From assembly GCA_964393485.1 (NCBI GenBank), contig CAYMTW010000003.1:13773-77772 (forward strand): 64,000 bases of DNA. The letters run 5' to 3'. Position 1 is the stretch's first letter. Every line of letters starts with the position of its first letter. This DNA comes from an uncultured Melioribacter sp. GTDB lineage: Bacteria > Bacteroidota > Ignavibacteria > Kapaibacteriales > Kapaibacteriaceae. Of the stretch, positions 36,184-43,653 are shown in pieces. Made by a program: the position numbers and the translations under genes. The notes below the pieces were generated by a model. The model searched no databases. It had not been told where the DNA came from and worked only from the letters and a program-made list of their open reading frames with translations.

Positions 36184-37119
36184 CACCTCTGCTATCATCA
36201 GTGCCGCCAGCTTGGCGGTTCTGCCATCGAGGTCGAAGCGGGGGTTGAGTTCGACTACATCGAAAGCAGCAAGTGAGCCGCTGCGTGCGGCATGGCGCAG
36301 GAATGCGGCAACCTCTTGGGGTGCAAAACCGTCAACTGCGGGAGCACTCACGCCTGGGGCATAGGCGGACGTGAATGCGTCCATATCCAGCGAGACATAC
36401 ACGCGTTGCGATGCGGCAGAGGCTTCCCATGCCTGGCCCCATGCATACCCAGTTTCATGGTCACGGATCTCGTCGAGCATCCAGACCTGCATGCCATGCT
36501 CGCGAACAAACGCGAGGTGTGAAGCAGCCACACTGTGATGTTGCAGGCCGAACTCCGCAAAGCCCCCTGGAAGAAGATGCGATTCGTTCAGCGACAACAA
36601 CTGATGAAAGGGCGAGCCCGAATGGGCGCGACCTTCCTTCAGGGGGCGAACGTCCGCGTGCGCATCGATATTGATGACGCCGTAGGGGTTGCCGGCAGAC
36701 TCCATGGCCCGGATCGTGGGCCAGGCACAGTCGTGTCCGCCGCCGAGAATGATCGGCAGATAGCCGTTGCGGAGCACCTCGGAGACCACATCGTGCTGCT
36801 CATCGTGGATCTGCTCAAGAGTTTTCCCGTCCGCGTCGATGTCCCCGGCATCGGCGATCACGAGACGTCCCGAGGCAAGCTGTTCATGCATACCGTTGAT
36901 GGTCAGCCTTGACAATGCCCGGCGGATAGCCTCAGGGCCGGCAGCCGCACCTGAACGCCCACCATTGCGCTCAACGCCAATATCCTGCGGCACACCGATG
37001 AGCACGCAGACCTTTGCAGCATCGGAGGGGATGTCCGACACAGGGACGACCACATCACCGATGCGTAGGTCGTCCGGATCGTTCGACCGAAACATCACCT
37101 CCGGGGGTGTCTGACGCAT
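36160..37119 (-). CDS. hutG: Arginase-fold enzyme, formimidoylglutamase-like
   Basis: Mn-ligand motifs GGGHDCAW, INIDAHADVR, SLDMDAF. GVPQDIGVERNGGRSGAAAGPEAIRRAL is typical of formimidoylglutamases. Start at M18 (cat 37117..37119). The last 8 codons and the stop lie in repeat locus C. Confidence 0.6.
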   Translation of the reverse strand: MRQTPPEVMFRSNDPDDLRIGDVVVPVSDIPSDAAKVCVLIGVPQDIGVERNGGRSGAAAGPEAIRRALSRLTINGMHEQLASGRLVIADAGDIDADGKTLEQIHDEQHDVVSEVLRNGYLPIILGGGHDCAWPTIRAMESAGNPYGVINIDAHADVRPLKEGRAHSGSPFHQLLSLNESHLLPGGFAEFGLQHHSVAASHLAFVREHGMQVWMLDEIRDHETGYAWGQAWEASAASQRVYVSLDMDAFTSAYAPGVSAPAVDGFAPQEVAAFLRHAARSGSLAAFDVVELNPRFDLDGRTAKLAALMIAEVIAELRNY

Positions 37120-37141
37120 GGAACGTCGAAACTTCACTGTG

Positions 37142-40100
37142 TTACCTGGAGATGACAAACGGTGTGGCAAACCGCGAAGCAGCCGTCTCGATGCTTACGA
37201 CGTACATGCCCCCTGTCAGAGATGATGGCACATCAAATGCCTGCTCACCGAAAACGAGGTCACCCCGATGGATGGTAGCTACCGTCCGACCCATGATGTC
37301 CCGAATGACAACCGACACACCTCGTAGAAGATCCTCGCGCACAACGTTCAAACGGATCGTGCCATTATCCATGACCGGATTCGGAACCACATTGACGGTG
37401 ACAGCTGAGGCAAGATCTTCCTCTTCCATAACAGAGGTCGTGCCAGCCGTACCGACCAGGCGTACAAGTCGAGCAGGGTTGCGCTCGTCGTTACAGTACA
37501 CACGGGCGGAGCCTGACGTTGTGCCGGCATCCGGGCGCTCGAAGGCCATCGTCACCACCAGTGAATCGCCTGGTGAAAGAGTTGTGGGAAGCGTCTTGGA
37601 TGTGGTTGCCACGCTGAAGTGCTTACGCACCGAGAAGATCCCGATACTATCAACACGCAGGCCGGCGTCGTTCGCAGCGCGCACTACAAACGTTCGCTCC
37701 ACGCGCACGGGCGTTGGTGTTTCGAACTTGAGCGTATCTGTGCTGACTTGAATCGTCGGCTTGAGGGCCACGATGAACTGCATCCACGCTGAATTGCCGA
37801 AATCAGGTTCAAAGACTTTGATCGTGTTGCCGCCCGACTTGAACAGAAGGCTCCCTGTTCCCAGCTGGTCGCGAAGGAACCAGAAATCCAGACCGTACCC
37901 TTCCCGGTTCACGAGCTCAAAGTCATAGCATCCGGGTTCCAGCTTGAGGTCATAGGTCAAGAGCTTTTCGCTCTCCATCTGGTCCACTTCCTGAATGACC
38001 GTACCGTCAGACTTGCGAAGTCTCCAGCTGTATTGATCCTCCGCTTGCTTGTTGGTGCGCAGCACGATCTGCAGATCATTGTAGTAGGAAGGGGGCATCA
38101 CAAACGCTGAACTGCGCGTATTGTTCTGCGCATACTCGTCGCCTGTTGCGCCCACGGATGCCGTGAACGTCTGATTACCCGCGGCGGAGGGCCACTCTGG
38201 AACCGGCAGGGTTACGGTATCCTTGGCCAAGAAGCCGAGCTTGCCCTTCCAGGTGTAACTGGACTGCTTGGATCCCTTCGCGCCGTAGGTGATGGTGCAC
38301 TCGGTGAGGTCGTTTGAACCGGTGTTCTGGATGACCACCTCGGGGTCGCCGCAGATCGGGTTCATACGACTGTAGTACTCCCACGTGTTCGGCTTGCGGA
38401 TATCAGTGATGGCCACATCGGTCTTGAAGTTGGGAGCCCCGTATCCGATGAGTTGCGTAGAGACTTCCCAGCGGCCCCAGTTTTCTTCAGCAGCTTCCTT
38501 CTTCACACCATAGTCGATCGTCAGGCTGGTCTTGCCCTGCGTGAACGGCGTGGCATCAAACTCATAGAGGTCCACCATTTCGCCCGGACACCAACCAGTG
38601 CGATCGATAAGCCACGTCCCCCCTTGCGGAAAGACCGGATTATTACCGCATTCCTTCCACAGACGCCATGTGAAGCGCTCCGTACCGTCGAGCGAAATGA
38701 AGTGATTGCGCGGACAGAATTCGGCGCAGTTCGTAGCATTGCTGAACTCGTGCCCGGAGGTGATGGCCTTGAGGCGGAACATCTTCGCTTCGGGATTCAG
38801 CGACACCGTAACAGGCGCAATGGCTTTGTTGGTAATGACATCCGGATACCATGCTCCGCGCTCGTACACCACCTGGTCGATCTGCTTCACATCACGAGGG
38901 GGCGTCCCCTTGATGAACATGAACGTAAGGTCGATCAGCTCCTGCTGATTACCGGCCGAAAGCGTCACGTTATTGCGTAGCAATGGGGCGAAGTCGGTCA
39001 CATCCACTTCCCAGCGAAAGCCCTTTGGTCCAAGGTCGAGTCCGATGCCGTAGGGCGTGATGTAGCGACCGATCTCGAAGTCCACGATGGGACTGAAATA
39101 CGGAGAGAGCGTTTTGCGGATCGTCGTCTGTGCGGCAACGACCAGCGAATCCACGCGCACACCGATCTCGTTGAAGAGCGGCACCACACCGGCCTCCTGC
39201 ACCGTAAGTGTGTCGGTAGCAATGGTCGGATGGTCGGGATCATCGAAGCGGTATATCCGCGGCTGCACCGGACGGTTATAGCGCACCAGTGAGGTGCGAC
39301 GCGGTTCGATATCGATGTCGATGTCTGCGCGGTTCGTGGCAACGTTGATGTCTGCGCCCACTTCAAACGACACCACCGGACGTGACGAATTTATCTCTGT
39401 AAGGTAGCCGAGTTGTTCACCCCCGAGCCGCTGCAGCGATGGGATTCCGAACATCGTGGCGTTGTATCCGCTGATCGACTGGTCGCGAGCAACATTGGGA
39501 CTCGTGATGTGTTCAGCACCGTAGTAGGCAATGAGCTTGGTGAACTGCGGATGCTGATCATTGACGGCACGATTCATCCACGAGCGGATGGTTGTTGAAT
39601 CCAGCGCAACGTTCCACACCTGAAACTCATCGAGCATTCCTTCATAGGAGCCCGAGCCCCCTGACCCGATCTGAAAACGCGTGATGCCCTTCATGCTTCG
39701 GATTCGTGTGTTGCCTTCGTGAAAGAGCGTCCCGTTGAGGTAGATCCGCATCAGGCCCGACTTGACAGACTTCGTGAATGCCCAGTGGTTCCAGCGCCCT
39801 TCCGTGGACTCCACCGGAGCGCCCTTTTCGATACGGTCATAGGCACCAGTCTTCGGGTCGTACCCGCAGTCCCAGTAGGCCACCTGGTTGTCCCATGGCA
39901 GGTGAATGTTGACCACACGCCGGCCTGTGGCATCGTACGCTTCCATGGTGTTGTGTGCGCGAGGCATTTTATTGGGGTCGCCCCAGCACCAGAAGGAGAT
40001 CGTAATCTCGTCCGAGACATCCTGTCCGATCGTACCCGGAACGTTGATCACATCTCCCGCCGTGAACGCGTAGGCGCGGCGGGATCCATCATCCACGGTG

Positions 40101-40936
40101 CCGGTGTTTGCGGCCGAACCCGACGATAGCGAGACGCCAGGCGAAGCGCTCATGCACGAGATGTCGATGACGATGTCCGATGTTCCATCCCAGCTGAAAG
40201 GGGCTGAGAATGGAAGATGATTGTCGCCCTGCACGAACGTCACATTGCGACGCACCACGGTCTGCATGTCAGAGCCATTGTCGAGATATCGTTCCACACC
40301 GCGTCCGGCCGTGGCATATGTGACCTGGCGCAGCTTCACGGTCAGCAACGTTACCTGACCCGCTGCAATCGCGTTGACGGAGATACCATGGATGGGTCCG
40401 GCAGCAATGCCGGCCCCCTTCAGCTCCGATGCTTTCCAGACGTAACGTCCACGTCCGCCGGTGGCGCGCAAAATCGCAGCATTGCCTTCTCCGCCCGTGC
40501 CGATCTTCTTGAACTCTCCCACGGCACCGCCCTTGCGGGTAACCGTGGTAGCCTGGTACCGGATTCGTGGCGTTGCAAACGCCGTCGAGTACGGGAATGA
40601 ATCTGGCGTAGCTCCCCTGACCATGAAGTTGGGCTGCATCATGCGTGTGGAGTCGAACTCCCCCGTAGAGTCACGGAGCATCGTGTACGTCAGATAGTCC
40701 CACTCACCGCAGTCGAACCTATCCTGCGTGGTTGCCGGATCACACTTGAGCGTGTAGAGCATCACCACCTTCTCGTAGCGGCCAGGGGGCGGAAACAGCC
40801 ACGTCCCGGAGCGCTTGGTGGTGTCTTTGAAGGTCAGTGTCTTTACGTAAATGGTATCCCCTGATTGAGCTTTACCTACAACGGCAAAAGCAACGAGAAG
40901 TAGGAGACGTGCAATGAGTCGTGTCATGTGACGCAT
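37142..40936 (-). CDS. 1264-aa T9SS cargo: PNGase-F-like beta-sandwich halves + LamG-type insert + Ig-like module + CTD
   Basis: Signal peptide. YTLKCDP..CGEWDY and GHEFSNATNCAEFCPRNHF..NPVFPQGGTWLIDRTGWCPG resemble PNGase F-type domains. LamG-like ISFWCWG..WNHWAF..IYLNG..LDEFQVWNVAL. CTD VNVVPNPVMDNGTI..GMYVVSIETAASRFATPFVISR. Confidence 0.6.
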   Translation of the reverse strand: MRHMTRLIARLLLLVAFAVVGKAQSGDTIYVKTLTFKDTTKRSGTWLFPPPGRYEKVVMLYTLKCDPATTQDRFDCGEWDYLTYTMLRDSTGEFDSTRMMQPNFMVRGATPDSFPYSTAFATPRIRYQATTVTRKGGAVGEFKKIGTGGEGNAAILRATGGRGRYVWKASELKGAGIAAGPIHGISVNAIAAGQVTLLTVKLRQVTYATAGRGVERYLDNGSDMQTVVRRNVTFVQGDNHLPFSAPFSWDGTSDIVIDISCMSASPGVSLSSGSAANTGTVDDGSRRAYAFTAGDVINVPGTIGQDVSDEITISFWCWGDPNKMPRAHNTMEAYDATGRRVVNIHLPWDNQVAYWDCGYDPKTGAYDRIEKGAPVESTEGRWNHWAFTKSVKSGLMRIYLNGTLFHEGNTRIRSMKGITRFQIGSGGSGSYEGMLDEFQVWNVALDSTTIRSWMNRAVNDQHPQFTKLIAYYGAEHITSPNVARDQSISGYNATMFGIPSLQRLGGEQLGYLTEINSSRPVVSFEVGADINVATNRADIDIDIEPRRTSLVRYNRPVQPRIYRFDDPDHPTIATDTLTVQEAGVVPLFNEIGVRVDSLVVAAQTTIRKTLSPYFSPIVDFEIGRYITPYGIGLDLGPKGFRWEVDVTDFAPLLRNNVTLSAGNQQELIDLTFMFIKGTPPRDVKQIDQVVYERGAWYPDVITNKAIAPVTVSLNPEAKMFRLKAITSGHEFSNATNCAEFCPRNHFISLDGTERFTWRLWKECGNNPVFPQGGTWLIDRTGWCPGEMVDLYEFDATPFTQGKTSLTIDYGVKKEAAEENWGRWEVSTQLIGYGAPNFKTDVAITDIRKPNTWEYYSRMNPICGDPEVVIQNTGSNDLTECTITYGAKGSKQSSYTWKGKLGFLAKDTVTLPVPEWPSAAGNQTFTASVGATGDEYAQNNTRSSAFVMPPSYYNDLQIVLRTNKQAEDQYSWRLRKSDGTVIQEVDQMESEKLLTYDLKLEPGCYDFELVNREGYGLDFWFLRDQLGTGSLLFKSGGNTIKVFEPDFGNSAWMQFIVALKPTIQVSTDTLKFETPTPVRVERTFVVRAANDAGLRVDSIGIFSVRKHFSVATTSKTLPTTLSPGDSLVVTMAFERPDAGTTSGSARVYCNDERNPARLVRLVGTAGTTSVMEEEDLASAVTVNVVPNPVMDNGTIRLNVVREDLLRGVSVVIRDIMGRTVATIHRGDLVFGEQAFDVPSSLTGGMYVVSIETAASRFATPFVISR

Positions 40937-41043
40937 AGATGTTGGTTCGTAAGAATTGGCCGTACCGAAAATACGCCTGAACGGATGACGACATGTTCCA
41001 ACGGCTGAAGCCGTGGGCTAATGTGCGGACACAATCGCGCTTG

Positions 41044-41101
41044 AATTCCCGCTTTCGTGGGAATGACCTTCACCTCAAACCTCACACCCCAAACCTCACA
41101 C
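41044..41101 (-). repeat. Repeat locus D: GT-rich heptamers + GTCATTCC hairpin unit (read on the minus strand)
   Basis: The minus strand reads GTGTGAG GTTTGGG GTGTGAG GTTTGAG GTGAAG GTCATTCCCACGAAAGCGGGAATT. The hairpin is TTCCCGC/tttc/GTGGGAA at 41046..41063. Same module order as locus A. Confidence 0.9.
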
Positions 41102-41113
41102 CTGCGCGCGGCG

Positions 41114-41878
41114 CTAGTGCCTCGCCACGCCCCCATCTACATTGATGGTCTGGCCGGTGATGATGCCGGAGGCGGGCAGGGCGAGAAAGGCCACGACGTT
41201 GGCGATGTCTTCGGGCTCATCTGCTCGGTGGACGGCTTGCGTCGGGAGGATACTTTCAAGCAGGGGTCGCATTTCTGGCGACATTCCGACGCTCTGCGTG
41301 GCCGTGAGGCCAACGGTGATGGTATTGATCGTAATTCCGTAGCTACCAACCTCAGAGGCGAGTGATCGCGTGAAGCCGATCACTCCCATCTTCGCTGTGA
41401 CGTAGTGTGTGAGGTAGGGCGTACCGAGCCAGACGGTATCGCTGGAGAACGTGATGATACGTCCGAAGCCTTCTTTTTTCATGTGCGGCAGCACGGACCG
41501 TACAACGTGGAAAAGAGAGTCGAGAGTGATCTCGAGTGTGCGCTTCCACTGCTCAAATGAAAGCAGGTGGAACGGCTCTTCGTGATAATACCCAACGTTA
41601 TGAACGAGAATATCGACGCGACCATAATGTTCGATGGCTGTATTCACAACTCGCTCGACATCAGCGGGATTGGTCATGTCTCCCGTCACGCTCACAACCT
41701 GACCGCCAAGAGCGCGAACTGCTTCTTCTGTTTCTGCGGCCGAGACAAGGTCTGCGATAACAAGGTGAGCCCCTTCCTCGGCAAGGCGCTCACAGAATGC
41801 ACGGCCGCTACCAACGGCAGCACCAGTAATGATAGCCACGCGGCCCTGGAGTCCGCGTTCGAAACGAGTTATCTGCAT
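41114..41878 (-). CDS. Classical short-chain dehydrogenase/reductase
   Basis: GRVAIITGAAVGSGRA (TGxxxGxG), NVGY, YVTAKMG (YxxxK). Confidence 0.88.
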   Translation of the reverse strand: MQITRFERGLQGRVAIITGAAVGSGRAFCERLAEEGAHLVIADLVSAAETEEAVRALGGQVVSVTGDMTNPADVERVVNTAIEHYGRVDILVHNVGYYHEEPFHLLSFEQWKRTLEITLDSLFHVVRSVLPHMKKEGFGRIITFSSDTVWLGTPYLTHYVTAKMGVIGFTRSLASEVGSYGITINTITVGLTATQSVGMSPEMRPLLESILPTQAVHRADEPEDIANVVAFLALPASGIITGQTINVDGGVARH

Positions 41879-41893
41879 GACAGGGGGCTGTCC

Positions 41894-43090
41894 TTACGCC
41901 GAAAGAAGGCCGAGTTCGATGCCGACCTCGTGGAATACATTCAAAATGGCATCGAGATGCTCATCCTCGTGAGTGGCCATGTAACTGGTGCGCATCATTG
42001 ACATGTTTGGCGGCACGCCAGGCGGGATAAACGCATTGACGAAGACGCCCTTGTCATAGAGCTTCTTCCAGAACACCATGGCCAGTTCAGCATCGCCAAC
42101 CACCACGGGAACGATGCCCGTTTCGGAGTCGATCACGTGAAAGCCCATATCTGCGAAACCCTTTCGCATCTTGTCGGCATTGGCGATCAGACGATCGATT
42201 CGCTCTGGTTCGCGTTCGAGAATGTTCAGTGCCGCCAGGGCAGAGGCCACCGATGCCGGGGTTGGTGATGCGCTGAAGATCAGGGCCGGCGAGTGGTGCT
42301 TGATGTAGTTCATCACGCGCTCGGGTCCGGCTACGAAGCCCCCTAACGAGGCAAACGTCTTGGAGAACGTACCCATTGTCAGGTCGGTCTCGTTCACGAG
42401 ATCATAGTACGAGGCCGTGCCACGTCCGCCCTTGCCTACCACGCCTGTGGCGTGAGCATCATCGACCAAAACGCGTGCGCCGTGCTTCTTGGCCACAGTG
42501 AGCAGATCCGGTAGATTGACGAGTTCGCCACTGACTGAGAATACACCGTCGGTTACGACTAGCTTGCCCGCACCGGCAGGTATGCGCGAGAGAACCTTGT
42601 CGAGGTCTTCCATGTCGTTGTGCTTGTAACGCACAAACTCCGCAAAGCCACCCTTAGCCAGTAGGCAGCCGTTGATGATGCAGGCGTGGTTTTCCTTGTC
42701 GGACACTACATATTCGCCCTTCTGCACCAACGCCGAGATTACGCCCAGAGCCGTCTGGTAGCCGGTTGAAAACAGCAGCACATCCTCTGTGCCGAGATAG
42801 GCGGCAAGGCGCTTTTCCAGCTCAATATGCAGACTGATGGTGCCGGTCAGGTAACGAGACCCCGAGCACCCTGTGCCGTACTTCTCAATAGCATCAATGG
42901 CAGCAGCTTTCACCTCTGGATGCGCCGTCAGACCAAGGTAGTTGTTTGATCCGGCCATGATGATCTTGCGGCCTTCGATCTGCACAACCGGACCCTCGTT
43001 CTCTTCGACGGGACGGAAATACGGGTACAGTCCGGCTGCCTTGACATCGTCAGCGCGGGTAAAATCAAGACACTTCTGAAACAGGTCCAC
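41894..43090 (-). CDS. Alpha-oxoamine synthase (Spt/Kbl/BioF family), serine-palmitoyltransferase-like
   Basis: [48 protein letters not shown] (PLP Lys). Confidence 0.8.
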   Translation of the reverse strand: MDLFQKCLDFTRADDVKAAGLYPYFRPVEENEGPVVQIEGRKIIMAGSNNYLGLTAHPEVKAAAIDAIEKYGTGCSGSRYLTGTISLHIELEKRLAAYLGTEDVLLFSTGYQTALGVISALVQKGEYVVSDKENHACIINGCLLAKGGFAEFVRYKHNDMEDLDKVLSRIPAGAGKLVVTDGVFSVSGELVNLPDLLTVAKKHGARVLVDDAHATGVVGKGGRGTASYYDLVNETDLTMGTFSKTFASLGGFVAGPERVMNYIKHHSPALIFSASPTPASVASALAALNILEREPERIDRLIANADKMRKGFADMGFHVIDSETGIVPVVVGDAELAMVFWKKLYDKGVFVNAFIPPGVPPNMSMMRTSYMATHEDEHLDAILNVFHEVGIELGLLSA

Positions 43091-43149
43091 AAAGACTCCG
43101 AGTTAGGTTTCGATTTAAATGGACTGCAAATATCGACAATGCCAGGGGG

Positions 43150-43644
43150 CTAGCGTAGGTTCTCCACCTGAATAGGCATTGCCAGATCAGCCCCCTGAAT
43201 GAGCTTGATCACGGCCTGAAGATCATCCTTGCTCTTGCCCGTCACGCGAACCTTTTCATCGATGATCTGCGTGGTGACCTTGATCTTGCTGTCTTTGACG
43301 AGCGTCGTGATCTTCTTGGCCTCTTCACGATCGAACCCGGCTTTGAGCTTGATATCCTGGCGGACACTCTTGCCGCCCAGGAGCTCTACCTTCTGCTCAT
43401 CAAGGGCAAGAACGCTGATGCCGCGTTTGATCATTTTCTGCTTGATGATCTCGAGAGCTGCCGAGACGAAATGCTCACCATCAGCCCGAATCTGAAAGAG
43501 CTTGTCGTTACGGCGCAACTCTACAACGCAATTGGAACCGCGAAGATCGTAGCGATGCTCGATCTCCTTCACAGCCTGATTGATGGCGTTGTCGGCCTCC
43601 TGCATATCGACTTCACTGATGAAGTCAAACGAGTACGTGGACAT
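43150..43644 (-). CDS. yajQ: YajQ-family nucleotide-binding protein (UPF0234)
   Basis: MSTYSFDFISEVDMQEADNAINQAVKEIEHRYDLRGS; length 164 aa. Confidence 0.88.
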   Translation of the reverse strand: MSTYSFDFISEVDMQEADNAINQAVKEIEHRYDLRGSNCVVELRRNDKLFQIRADGEHFVSAALEIIKQKMIKRGISVLALDEQKVELLGGKSVRQDIKLKAGFDREEAKKITTLVKDSKIKVTTQIIDEKVRVTGKSKDDLQAVIKLIQGADLAMPIQVENLR

Positions 43645-43653
43645 GGTCGATGA

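Noticed and set aside
36160-37119. Histidine-utilisation (hut) operon
   Set aside because: Only the hutG-like arginase-fold gene is present. hutH/hutU/hutI are not adjacent, so even the hutG assignment is tentative.
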